A stretch of DNA of 64,000 nt from Monocercomonoides exilis PA203 (GCA_001643675.2 LSRY02000023.1:248001-312000); one strand, 5' to 3'. Positions 36,201 through 48,661 are shown, numbered from the stretch's first letter. Program-made: numbers and translations. Notes: generated by a model not told the origin, from the letters alone.

Positions 36201-36619
36201 ACAAAAAAGAATTAAAAAACATTATGAAATGATAAGTTGAAATTTATTGCTAACTTTAAGTCTATTTTTGATTGCTTTTATTAGTTGCAAATTGAAGAAT
36301 ATTTTATGTCATCATTCATTTTAAATAACATTTCAAAAATTTCTGATCGTAATGCATTTAAACAAAATCTTGCTAATTAAATAGTTTTTTCCAAAATATA
36401 AGTGGAATTAATTAACATAAAAATGCTTTTTAAAATGTGATTCAAGTGAATATTTTTGAAAACCACAATAAATTTTAGATGAAAAAATTTATTCCGAAAA
36501 GCCAGAGTTCATTCCAATTAATTTTTTTATTCCAATAAAAATAATTTATTCCGAATAAACTTTGTTTATTTGAATAAGTTATTTTAATTCGAATAAAACC
36601 TTTCTATTCTCATTGTATC
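33216..36619. mobile_element. ~3.4 kb element with diverged ~130-bp TIRs enclosing gene fragments (Pack-type)
   Basis: 33216-33345 aligns to the reverse complement of ~36485-36619; both arms are rich in TTTATTC motifs; TA on each side; no transposase inside. Confidence 0.6.
33700..34560 (+). pseudogene. Frameshifted fragment of the large extracellular multigene family
   Basis: Pieces across frames: GLNGGG, HGHDVHF, ESYTTNSNANRLCYAYY, APYKTVGYA…ITVLSGRHMSE…ISVGEKKISVVGRGK. Confidence 0.55.
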
Positions 36620-37530
36620 TAATATTCTCTTTGTTTATATTTCAGTTTTACGAAAAAAAGGTGAGGTGTGAAAACTAGTGAAAAAAAAGAGTTTCTATAG
36701 TTATAAAATAACCAAAAATGTTAAAAAGAAAAGTTTAAAAACAATGCTAACAAGGAAAATGCTTGGTTTCAAAAACTCGTGGAAACACGAGCAAAACATT
36801 GATCAAAAAATAAAACTTTAAAAATTCAGATCTTTTTTTTAAAAGAAATGATTTTCAAAAATATTTGGTACACAACCTTATAATAATATATTATTTATTT
36901 TAAATTTATTCTCATTGCGTATAAGCTTCTATATAAAGCAATATGAGAAAAAAAAAATTAGGATCTAATAAAAAACGGGGTACTAATAAAATTATGACCC
37001 TAATAAAACATGAAGAATCAAAAGAAATAATGCGATGTATTATGTTGGTGATGAAAAACTCCAATAAGATCTTTTCCTGTTCTGATCTCACGGAAAAAAA
37101 AATGAGCGATTTTTCAAAAAGTCTCGCCCAGTCATTTTTAGGAAAAAGCGTGAAATAATGAAATAACTAATGGTTTTCAAAATAGCATGCTTTTTCTAAA
37201 TTCTCATTATTCAAAAACTTCCGTTTTTGAAAAATATATTCCCACGAAAAACAAAACACTGTTCGGCAACTGAAGGTTAATTCACCATGAGACTAACTAA
37301 TTTTTCGTTGAAGAAATATGAATAATTTTAGAATAAATCATTCATGCTATCTATCTATCTCACTTACTCACTCTCATTCTCACTCCCTCTTCCCTCCCCG
37401 CTGAAATCTGTATTATTCTCTAAGCATAATTTTCGATAAAAAAATCTTTTTCTATCAACCTTTTTTGATATAATGAAGTGAAATTATCATAAAAGGAGAT
37501 TGACCTTTTTATGAAATGTAGTAAGGACTA

Positions 37531-39612
37531 TCATTTATCTCCTGTTGCAGTCTTCATCCATTCTGGTGGTTCTGTCTTGATATTTGCAAGCCAATACATG
37601 GCCATCGTTAATCCATCGTTATTTTTCATCTTTTTATCATGCCTCATCCACTTTGGCGGCTCAGTCTTGACATGTTCGATCCATATCATGGCCATCGTTG
37701 CGCCATACTGATCACAGAGTGTATTTTTGTGCCTCATCCACTTTGGCGGCTCAGTCTTGATATGATCAATCCAGAACATGGCCATCGTTGCGCCAAACTT
37801 ATTGCCAAGTGTATTTTTGTGCCTCATCCATTCTGGTGGTTCTGTTTGCACAAATTCAATCCACAACATAGCCATTGTTGAGCCAAGGTTTGTGCAGAGA
37901 GAATTTTTGTGCCTCATCCATTTCGGAGGTTCTGTCTTGACATGTTCGATCCATATCATGGCCATTGTTGCACCATTCTCATCAGAAAGCGTGTTTACAT
38001 GCCTCATCCATTCGGGTGGTTTTGTTTTCACAAACAGAATCCACATCATGGCCATGGTTCTTCCATTCTTATCAGCAACTGTGACGCCATGTCGCATCCA
38101 CATTGGCGGTTCTGTATTCACAGCTGCGATCCACATCATGGCCATTGTCCATCCGTCTTTTTCAGCAAGCGTAATGTCATGTCTCATCCATTCTGGTGGG
38201 TCAGTTTGAACAAACTGAATCCAAAACATAGCTATCGTCCATCCGTCTTTATCTTTAAGTGTAATATCATGCCTCATCCATTCTGGTGGTTCTGTTTGAA
38301 CAAACTGAATCCACAACATGGCCATTGTTCCACATCTTCCTCTTCCAAGTGTAATATCGTGTCTCATCCATTTAGGTGGTTCGGTTTTAAATTTTTCAAT
38401 CCAATTCATTGCTGCTGTTTTTCCTTTTCCATCTTCAATTGTGATTTCCTGGAGCATCCATTCAGGAGGCTTTTGTTTCATGTTTTCGATCCAACACTTC
38501 GCAATTTTCAACCAATCTTCATCGCCAGTTGCTATCCCTCGCCTTGACCATTCCGGTGGCTCTGCTCGAACAAATTCTATCCAGTTTGTCGCCATTATCA
38601 ATCCGTTTTTATCTCCAAGCCTTGCGTCATGTCTCATCCACTCAGGTGGTTCTGTATTCACATTTCGTATCCAATGCATGGCCATTGTTATGCCATCCTT
38701 GTCGCCAAGTGTATTATAATGTCTCATCCACTCCGGCGGTTCAGTTTTAACAAACTTAATCCATATCATGGCCATGGTAGTTCCATTCTCATCAGCAACT
38801 GTGATGTCATGTCGCATCCATTTAGGTGGCTCTGCCTTAACAAGCAAAATCCAAGACATGGCCATTGTCTGCCCATCTATGCCACAAAGTGTATTGTCGT
38901 GCCTCATCCACTCTGGTGGTTCAGTTTTATTTTCCGCAATCCAACGCATAGCCTTTGTTCTTCCCCCTTCGTCACAAATAGTGTTATTGTGAGGTTCCAG
39001 TTCTTGTGATTTTAATGTTCTCAAGCAAATCCACACTATTAAAAGTGCAATCGCAAGAGCGATGCATCTCTTGACAATGCTAAAGGAATCATCTTTTTTC
39101 ATCCAAGCTGGAAGTTCAGCTTCGGTATATCTCGCCCAGTACATGCAAATTGTCCATTTTTTGTTGTCAACAATTTTTGCTCCATGCCTCATCCAATCCG
39201 GCGGCTCTGTTTTAACAAAATATATCCAGTACATGGCTGCTGTCATGCCATATATATCTTGAATCGATGATTTGTGTCTCATCCATTTTGGTGGTTCTGT
39301 TCCAACATGGATAACCCATGTCATCGCCATTGTTTGTCCAAATTTATCTGCAACTGTGCTGCCGTGCCTGATGCCTTCTGGTGGTTCTGTTTTATGATCA
39401 ATAATCCAGTTCATTGCTTCTGTTCTGCCATCCTTCTCCCTTTTTGATGGACTGTGCAAATTTTCCAATTGAGGATCTGCTTTATTCTCTTTCATCCGCC
39501 TCATTGTTTCTGAATTTCTTTCCTCGTCTATTTTTGAAATATCGTTTTTTTTCTTTCGCAAGTCTGCTTTGTCATCCATTTCTGCGTTTAATTCTCCAAT
39601 GTTGCAGCTCAT
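37531..39612 (-). CDS. 693-aa protein with 20 tandem 30-aa repeats (GxTMAMxWIxxVKTEPPEWMRHxxTLxDxx) split 4+16 by a transmembrane helix
   Basis: Intact ORF; 90-bp periodicity (GCCTCATCCA at 37641, 37731, 37821, 37911, 38001…); hydrophobic CIALAIALLIVWICL at ~39022-39066. Confidence 0.9.
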   Translation of the reverse strand: MSCNIGELNAEMDDKADLRKKKNDISKIDEERNSETMRRMKENKADPQLENLHSPSKREKDGRTEAMNWIIDHKTEPPEGIRHGSTVADKFGQTMAMTWVIHVGTEPPKWMRHKSSIQDIYGMTAAMYWIYFVKTEPPDWMRHGAKIVDNKKWTICMYWARYTEAELPAWMKKDDSFSIVKRCIALAIALLIVWICLRTLKSQELEPHNNTICDEGGRTKAMRWIAENKTEPPEWMRHDNTLCGIDGQTMAMSWILLVKAEPPKWMRHDITVADENGTTMAMIWIKFVKTEPPEWMRHYNTLGDKDGITMAMHWIRNVNTEPPEWMRHDARLGDKNGLIMATNWIEFVRAEPPEWSRRGIATGDEDWLKIAKCWIENMKQKPPEWMLQEITIEDGKGKTAAMNWIEKFKTEPPKWMRHDITLGRGRCGTMAMLWIQFVQTEPPEWMRHDITLKDKDGWTIAMFWIQFVQTDPPEWMRHDITLAEKDGWTMAMMWIAAVNTEPPMWMRHGVTVADKNGRTMAMMWILFVKTKPPEWMRHVNTLSDENGATMAMIWIEHVKTEPPKWMRHKNSLCTNLGSTMAMLWIEFVQTEPPEWMRHKNTLGNKFGATMAMFWIDHIKTEPPKWMRHKNTLCDQYGATMAMIWIEHVKTEPPKWMRHDKKMKNNDGLTMAMYWLANIKTEPPEWMKTATGDK

Positions 39613-40129
39613 TCTATTGCTCGTGTTGGAAAAAAAAAGATTATTAAAAAAGATTATTAATTGATAATAAAATTATACTTTCGATCAAATAATGTGAATA
39701 ATATTTGAATCGACTTTTTGTCTTCTTTTGAAATTCTCAGTTGTTAATTTTTTCACGACTTTCAAAACACACATTTCAAAAGGAAAAACCCGAGCAAATA
39801 AATTTTGAAAAAAATGAAGAAAAAGACAGAAAAGCACAACAAAATTGTATTTTGCATGATTGTCAGGGGGAAAAAAATAATAAGTGTCTTTCAGCCCATA
39901 CCAACAGCAGAAAATGCGTTTATTGACAAAAGAAATATGAAAAGGGATATGCATTCATTGACCTTTGAAGTGGTCATTTCCTTTCTATGTGTTGCAATCA
40001 TATTCACCGTGTTGAAATCTTGCTTTTATCCAAAACGAAATGTACGTGATCATTTTCGTTTTGCTCACATGAAGTGCAAAGAAATTTCATGTTTCGGAAC
40101 AGCAAAATGCCATTCAGTCGGGAAATGAA

Positions 40130-41000
40130 TATGGCGTGAACACTTTACAACTCAATCATTTGTTGATAGTCATGAAACAAAATTGTTTTGAATTGGGATC
40201 TGTGTGTTTTGCAAAGGAAAGATTTTCTGGCCTGGTGAACAACCTATTGTTTTAATGGAACAACATGAGCGCATCCTTTGCGGAAGAAACGTCAGTAATT
40301 TTAAAGAAGCATTTGAAATATAGTCTGATGTTTGCCATTCGGTTTATGAAAAATTTTTGAGCAAAAACGATTTTTGTTTTTTTTGACAAATGGAAGGCGC
40401 AGAAATCAACGAAAATGAATACAAGCTGGATGCTTCTTAATATTTTGCATAAATCTGGTTGAGATAGCTCGCAACAGTGGGAAATGTGCAGAATGAAGGG
40501 GTTGGAAAGGGGAATTGGAAATGTTGTCTTTTGACGAAAATCACATTTTTGATGAATGAGAAAGATGGAATTTGAACAGAAAATATAAATTTCACATTTT
40601 TCAGAAGGGAAAGAAATCGAATTATCTGATGGAGAAATGACTTCTGAAAAGGATGGCTGATGAATCTGTTGGAAAAGGAAGGAATGATGAATTTTTATTG
40701 AAGAAATCCGTTGCCAAGGGGGAAAAATATGGGGAAAATATATTTTGAACAAGTCTCTGAAGGTTTGCTGTTTCTTTTTTTTTTGAATTGATTGTTCATT
40801 TTTATTCAGGTTGTTGAAAGGACGAGGGATTTGATGGCTTTGAAGTAGCAAAACTGGAAAGAAAGTTAAGGACTGATGAAATATGAGATAACACGAAGAT
40901 GCCAGGCATCGGACTTTGGCAAAGAATAAGTTTTTGAGGAAAGGAGATTTGAGTGAACGAAGAGAAGCGAAAGAGGAAGATGTGGAATGAAAATGGGATT
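40130..41000 (+). pseudogene. Possible decayed, unidentified coding remnant
   Basis: Coding-like composition (CVFCKGKIFWPGEQPIVLMEQH…) with multiple stops, a frameshift and an intron-like GTTTG…TTCAG segment at ~40763-40809. Confidence 0.3.
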
Positions 41001-41021
41001 GGCATGCGTTTCCTATTTTTA

Positions 41022-41025
<4 letters not shown>

Positions 41026-41104
<79 letters not shown>
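41026..41104. repeat. (GA)n microsatellite, ~39 units
   Basis: Pure dinucleotide run. Confidence 0.98.
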
Positions 41105-41106
<2 letters not shown>

Positions 41107-41399
41107 GGTTGAGCTGAGGTTGTTACGAATTTGAGGAATGTCGTTTGTCAGAAAAAGATGCGAAAATCAGAAGAAGAGAATTTCAACGGATACCTCCGTT
41201 GATGCTAATTGACACTCATTTTCACATTTTTTAACATTCAATCATCTCATCGAATTCGTTGATTGCCACAACATTATCTTTCATTGTTGCTCCAACATCA
41301 CATCATACAACTTCATCGTCATCATTCACATTGTTTGTGAGTATTTCTTCGTAATTCACATTTTCGTCAGAGATAAATGGAGAAATGAAGAAGAGGGGG

Positions 41400-43890
41400 A
41401 TTTCTTCAGAAATGAAAAAGGATGAAAATGAGAAGATGGGAACAGAAGAAGGAAAAAGAAAGAAGACTGTTTTTGACGCGGAGAGAAAGATAAAGATAAA
41501 GAGAAATATGATCAAATTCTGAGAGGATTTAGAATGACAAGGATAAAATGGAAAGGGGGAGAAGTTGGAAGAGAAGAGGACGATGAACTGGAATAGGATG
41601 AAGATACTGAAGAAGAAGAAGAAGAAGAAGAAGAAGAAGAAGAAGAAGGAGAAACGAAACTATAATGCAGATCCTCTTCTGCCATCTTCAATACCATGGA
41701 AACATCCATAAGAACAACCGCTGAGAAAGCGTGGTCTGTTTGAAATGGCGGACGAAGCATCATAGCCGCGTAAACCCATCATCTGTACAGCATTTGACTG
41801 TCTTCTCTGAATAAACTCCTCTTCTGTACCGAGCCTCTTGTCTAACTTTTTGAATGAATCCTGCGTCGACCCTTCTTCACATCCGCCTCCATTCACTTGC
41901 CTCGCCATATCAGCTGTTTATCCGCATCAGACGCCCCATCAAACACACTCCCAAACGCATGCACTGATAGTGTCGCAGAACAATTGCTCAGAATCTCCTT
42001 CGCATTACCTGCTTCTACTCCTTTTCTGCTCTGCCGTGCAGCTTCAATTCCCTTCTCCGATATGAATTTTACCTTCACCTAATCATCTGTACTCCATCAC
42101 AATAGACGCTGTCATTCAACAGCACAGTGGCTGTGGCTGCATTACAATGTGCGCATTCGCAAGGTGGATCAGCTCATCCTGGCTGATAAAGATATCAATC
42201 GCAAACTCGAACTCCTCTGCTTTGTGCTCGAACCATTCAACAAGCACGAAAACCATAGCCGCCAAATCTTCCACAATCGTCTGCTTCATCCCTGCTTCGC
42301 TCTTAGTCCCATGCTGCATGAGGATCTCACATGGCTATAAAGTTTAATTCCTCTTCGACTTTGTTCCTCAACTGGATCTCCACCATTTCATCTGCATTTT
42401 TGCACAGCTTCAAGGCAGCTGCATGTTCAGCTCTCCCAGCGCATCCAAGGTCTTCCCGTATCCAATGCGCACACGCATCATTTACTGATTGTCTTTTCAG
42501 TTCAAGGCACTGCTCTTCGGCCCTCGACCAGATAGAACAACCACGGCACTCCGCTCTTCTATCTGCACTCAATTTTTCCTCCATTTTCCTCCTCTTTCTC
42601 CTCTTCTTCTTATCACTCCTCATTAAGCAAACGACTTTTTTCACCAGACTTCTTCATCGGGTTTATCTTTTACCTCAATTATTATCAAATGATCAACTGA
42701 TATTTCCACCTGTTCCTCATACTTCCTTCACTTCCATCTGAAGCTATACCCAAAGACCCGTCTGCTTCTTCTTCTTCTGCTTTCCTGAAATCTCCCATTG
42801 AATGCCATTATCTGGTGAAGTTCAAAACACTTCAGGTTCCACTGAATGCTGCTTGTCAGCCTCTATCCACGCCCTCGCCTTCACAAACCTCAGTTCACTC
42901 AGCCCAATTACCTCCACAACCAGCAGAGCCATCGCTTCTTCCAGCTTTCCCTGTTTCTCTTTGATTCCTTCCAAACTCTCTGTGAGCTTTCTGATAGCCG
43001 CCTTTCTCCTCATTCCCTTCACCTTCCTCTGCCTCTTCTCACTCTTCCAGCTCCTCCAGCACAATCGTTGCTGGCGATAGAACCACATCCTCCATTCTCA
43101 TCCCTTCCATCCACAGCCCTTTCTCCACAATTTCCACCACTTCACACACTGCCACCCCTCGCCACATCACTTCATCGTCCAGCTTCACCACCAAATATTT
43201 CAATTGAGACGATCACCATATCTGTAGCGACGGGTCAAACAGATCGCAGATTGAAGGGAACGCATTCACATCTGCTGCCGCAAAGATCCGCTTGCTCCCC
43301 GACTTCGTGCCCACCGACGCTGCAAGCGAAGGAAGCGGGGCGACCAACGGAACCGAAAGCATCGCTGAAAGCGCCACATCGTATGCACACACAACACCCC
43401 CATACAGCACCGCACGCAGCACCGCAACATATCCATATAAGCGTCTGCAGTGCAAGCGGCATGTGCTGCACATTCACACCAGCCGCCTCAGACATCACAA
43501 TTCGAATCCGCATATCGTTTTATCCATCGATGCTGTTGAAGTTAAAAACGCCACCACCGCAATGACATCCGAAGAAGTTGATTGCATGTTCAGATGATGA
43601 CAACTGATCTCCAACCGCCTTCTTATCTTTGCTTCTTCGCTTCCGGAATGGTGAAGTTGATCGGTGTGCTGCTCCAGTTGAAGAAGACGAAGGCGCTGAG
43701 CGAAGAGATGACTATTGTATGTTCTGGCCACAAGAAGCATTTTCAGTTTCCGCACTTCGTCATCAGGCAGCCCTAATGGTGAAACAAATACAACATTTTC
43801 ATTTGTTTCAGAAAGGTCTACAAGCAGAGAAAACCTGCTTTTTTCATTCAGTTTGAAAGGATTGAAGCAGGATATCTTTTGATAATGCGT
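41400..43890 (-). repeat. Right copy of the inverted duplication
   Basis: Reverse complement of ~26560-28940, with near-identical and diverged tracts. Confidence 0.9.
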
Positions 43891-44007
43891 CTGTGTTAAC
43901 CGAAAGGGAGAAGAAAAAGGCACATGCTGAAATGAAAGAAACTTGTATGAAAGAAACTGTTTTAATCAAATTTGAGAAAAGATTGCTTTTTCTTTTTTCT
44001 TTTTTCA

Positions 44008-44283
<276 letters not shown>

Positions 44284-45096
44284 GAGTTTGTAATAAATGG
44301 TGATTTATTCTGAAAAATCTCATTAATAATTGCTTTATGTCACCTCCTTTTCGAATATTATTCTTACGCAACGAGCATTGTTTTGATAAATCTTTCCTGT
44401 TTTGTCATTTTTTATAAAAAAAATTCTTGATTTAAAGCAAATCAATTTTTTTATCTTTCAGCAAAAGAAAATTATAAAAACTTAGTAAATATCAATAAAT
44501 TTATAATGAATATTCGAATAGATGAAATGAAAATGCAGAAATAAAAACATGCAATTCATTTGATTCAAATAGCTCGAAAGCAGTAGCTAACAAAAGCGTA
44601 TTCTATTATATTATTAACGTTCTGTATGTTATCACCAGAATTTTGAAATGCTTTTCAATAATAAGCTCAGAAAATAACAATATATAAAACCAATAAAACA
44701 ATAATGGGAACGGAATGATCATCATTTTTTGATCATTCATGATCTTTTGTGGGACAAAATTAAAGTAGAGGAACTTTACAAAAAAAATTTGCCATATGTA
44801 ACATTTTTTCATAACCATTCGTTGATATAAATAATGATGAAAAATTAACGAAAATAGTAATATTTCACGTTCTTTCACAAAAAAAGAAATTGCTCAATTT
44901 TATTAAAGTGATTTTGAATGCTCAAGCAACCAAAATTTCAAAATTTGTAAAGTTAGTTCATTGAAAAAAAAGTTATTTTTTGAAAAAAAGATCAGGATAA
45001 AAATAAAAATAACCCTATTTATTGTGTTATTTGGTTATTGGATTAAAATGCGTTCATAACTGTGCTACAATGTAGCGCAATACTTTCAAAAGAATA

Positions 45097-47509
45097 TCAA
45101 TGATTCCTTTTCCTTTTTAGTTCCCTTTTGCATCTCAGGCAGTCGCAAAGAAATCCGTAATCTTCTTTCAAAATCTTCTGCCTCTCTTCAACAGGGAGCA
45201 TAAGCTCATCTTCGCTTAGATAGCTAATTCTAACTTCTTCTCCGCTCTGAATCTGCTTCAAAGCAACCAAATGGACCATTGCAGAATCATGCCCCTTTTC
45301 TTGCTTGTACACAACCGCCTCTGCATTCGGCTCGCAAGAGTGGTTCGCGTTCGAATGCAGCAGGAATATCCCCAGCCCCACAGCGCGCGGAATCAGGTCA
45401 CGAGGAAGAATGGAACTGTACTGCGAAGGATAATACGGAGCCCCATCTTTCGAGTCGTCGCACGACTTTGTTGAGGAAGAAAGCTGAGCTTCGCTTGCTT
45501 GCAAATTCTGATGCTTTCCAGTCTTATCTTTCTTTTTGCCTCCTTCCGCAGCTCGCTTTTGATCAGGCTTTGTGCTCCTTTTCACCTCTTCCTCTGCATT
45601 TTTGCAGTATACTTCCAATGGATTCCACACGCCTATCCATGAAGAGTTCAGCGCAGCTACGCTGAGGATCTTCTCGAAAGTGAGTGAAGATGGGTGAGGA
45701 GCAGGAAAAGATAGGAGGAAATTTGACATTGATGACGAAGATGACGAAGATGACGAAGGGATAGAAGAAGGTTCAGATGAGGAAGATAACACATGAGAAG
45801 AAGAAGGTAAATAGAAAAGCGAATTGACACAGCTGTTCATCCACTTTTGCACTTCTTTTTCTTCTGCTGACGAAATGTCCTCACTTTCAAAAGAGAAGCA
45901 ATCCTTCAACAGGCCATTCAATTCAGAAACAACAGAAAATGACTGGGGCCCATCCGCTTTGATCCATCTGCCATCAGACTGAATGTTGCTAGCGTCAGAC
46001 GAGCCGCCTGTGGATTTCAAAGAAGAGCCATTGCTTTCCTCTTCTCCTCTTTCATTTTCTTCCTCTTCATCTTCTTCGTCTTCTTCGTCTTCATGCTCAA
46101 TTTCAAACAGTTCATCAAACTCTTTCTCTTCCTCTGTGCGTTTGTCCTCTTTCTGTTTTTTGCCTTCTTTTTTCTTTGCCGGCTCCCCAATCTGTTTGGA
46201 GGGTTCAGCAGCCGTTTGTGTCTGAGACAGAAGCGGATGCTGAAAAGTCCGAGTGACAAAAATGTTGAACGGCATCTGCGCCAAAAACAGCATCTGCTTC
46301 ATCGCCCGCTGAGCCGGCATCGAAAAGGCATACAGCGCGTCCTGGATGGAAACAGTTTCCCTCTTTTCGACGATGAGCTGCTGCAGAATGGCTCTGTATC
46401 TGTTCAAAACCATCGCACAAATACGCGCAGCGAGGCAGTGGATCCCGTCGGCCTTTCTGAAAAACGCGTGAAGTGAATCAATCTGTGAAGATGTCATTGG
46501 ATAAAGCGCAAGTGATGAAGTGGGAAGTGTATGAAGAGACGACGAAGATGAAGAAGATGAAGAAGACGAAGAGGGTTCTGATGTGTTTGTTGAAGAGTGT
46601 TGAGAAGATGGTGCAGGAGCAGCTGAAGAAGCTAATAATTCCTCAGATGCCGGTTTTTGTGTATCATCTTTAGGTTTCAGGCTCTCCTTTGAGAGTTTTG
46701 TTCTTGTGCATAAGATGTTGTGATATTGAGAAAAGGAAGCTTGTCTGCACTCTTCACTGCAATACAACACATTGCAAAATGGACATTCTTATTAAAATTA
46801 AATCAAATAGTTTGAAGGATATAAATACAATTATCAGTTCAATAAACATTTCATAAAACTTGCTGTTGAAGCAAACCTATTTCTTGCGTTTCTTCTGGTG
46901 CACATTGTTTAAATACTGGAGAAAACGTTGTTGAAGGAAATGAACTATTCTTTGCTTTTGCAGCCTTTGCCCACTGATCAGAAAGCGTTCCAACAAATTT
47001 GAGGCAATGATGGCACACATTAGTTTCATTCTAATTTTATTTATAAGAATTAAATTTCAAATCAAATGAAAAAAACATTTTTATTTATAAAATACATCTG
47101 TTTCTTTGATGCTTGAAATTGAAAGTGGTTTTTCATCGAGAATACGTGAATTTTTATTAATTTTAACCTTTGTAAAAAGGGCTCTTCCATGATTTGAATC
47201 GACATATCTTACAATAAAATAGATATTGAAAGAATATAAATATAATAATTGCTAGCATCACCTTGGTTCGATAACTTCTTTTTTTGAAAAGGAAGCCAAC
47301 GTAGATTGTATTATTGAATCATTTAGCATTTTTGAATGAAATTCTGACAAGGGTATCATTGCAGAAATATGCTTAAAACATTGAAATGATTCAATATACT
47401 GTTTTGTTGCAAAATAAGCAGCGCCGTGCTTTTCAGCAAGAGAGGGATTCATAATTTCAAACTTTTCATCGAAAATTTGTTTTGAAGCCTCGCCCACATT
47501 TATCGCCAT
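45097..47509 (-). CDS. SMYD: SET and MYND domain (SMYD) lysine methyltransferase, 4 exons
   Basis: Split MYND (VCHHCLK…CPFCNVLYCSEECRQ); SET motifs NANHSCEPNA and GEEVRISYL; post-SET YGFLCDCLRC; ATG 47509. Confidence 0.9.
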
Positions 47510-47743
47510 TGAAAGTGTGAGCAATATATATTTTGAAATCAGAATAATATCTTCGAACAATCAAAAATCGATGATGCCTTGAAAACCGTTTCAGAAAAAA
47601 CGAAAATGTTCAAATATATAACGTTCAAAGATAATTTAAGTATGATTATTGAATTCTCTGCCCATAACTAATTAATTAATCTATAAATTTGTTATTTTAT
47701 TTCTTATCTAAAAGTTAAATTTAAAAAAAATATTGACATTTAC

Positions 47744-48661
47744 ATGGCACTATCTCATAATAGTGAATCAGCAAAAAATTTTTTACCCACTCCACTTTAT
47801 CCAGATAAAATAGATTCATCAGTATATCCACCTTCTGAAGACAGTTTTCTTTTGATAGATGCAATTGAAAAAGAACTTCCGATGTTAATTGCTTCATCTC
47901 CAAGATTCTGTATGGAAATTGGATGTGGTAGCGGAGTAATTATAAATTTTTTTCGCAGTTATGTTTCTTCTTGCTCTCAATGTTTTGCTGTCGATATCAA
48001 CAGGAAAGCACTTGAAACATCAACAGAAACGTCTATTTTAAACAAGGTTTATTTTTGTGTTGAATTAAAAATAAAAGTATTAAATTTCCTAGAACAGCAT
48101 CGAATTTATTCAATGTGATCTTTTATCTCCTTTTTCAAGAAGATTGCACCATTCAATAGATGTGCTACTTTTCAATCCTCCATATGTGCCAACTGACACA
48201 GAAGAAATGGAAGGAAGTCAGGTTGGTTGCGGAGGAACAGAAAGCATTTACTCAACTTGGGCGGGAGGGTTGTATGCTCCATGTATAATTTGAAGAATTA
48301 CAAATTTTTATTCATTTCATAGAGATGGAATGGAAATTACTTGGAAAGTCCTCAACCTTCTTGATGTTTGCATTTCTGTAAATAAAAAATTTATTGATTA
48401 AGGATTATTTCGTTTAACTTTCATTTTCAGGATTATCTGTCTGAACAAGGCGTTGCCTATATTGTTTTCTTGGCAGATAATAATCCAAAAAGCGTTAGAG
48501 AAGAAATGAAGAAGCGTGGATTTACGTCAAAGGTAATGCTTTTTTTTATTTTTATCTTTTTAAAATAGAAGAAATGCATGTTCTAGATTGTGAAAAAACG
48601 AGGAGCAGGAATTGAACTTCTGTACATAATCAAATTTCAGCGCGTTCCAAAAGCAGATTGA
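47744..48661 (+). CDS. N6AMT1: HemK2/Mtq2 eRF1 glutamine methyltransferase, 5 exons
   Basis: VYPPSEDSFLLIDA, EIGCGSG, VDIN, FNPPYVPT, WAGG.DG, GIELLYIIKF; four short GT-AG introns; TGA 48659-48661. Confidence 0.95.

Noticed and set aside
37540-38970. Regular repeat array as a CRISPR-like locus
   Set aside because: Exact 90-bp codon-phased period inside one ORF, with synonymous variation; no unique spacers or cas genes; eukaryotic context
40130-41000. TGA-rich frame suggesting UGA=Trp/Sec recoding
   Set aside because: TAG/TAA stops and a frameshift also occur, and TGA terminates normal genes in the window; simple decay explains it
26560-43890. Polinton/Maverick or other giant transposon with long TIRs
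   Set aside because: No polB, integrase, ATPase or capsid motifs inside; the repeats are decayed host-like genes with patchy identity; no TSD seen
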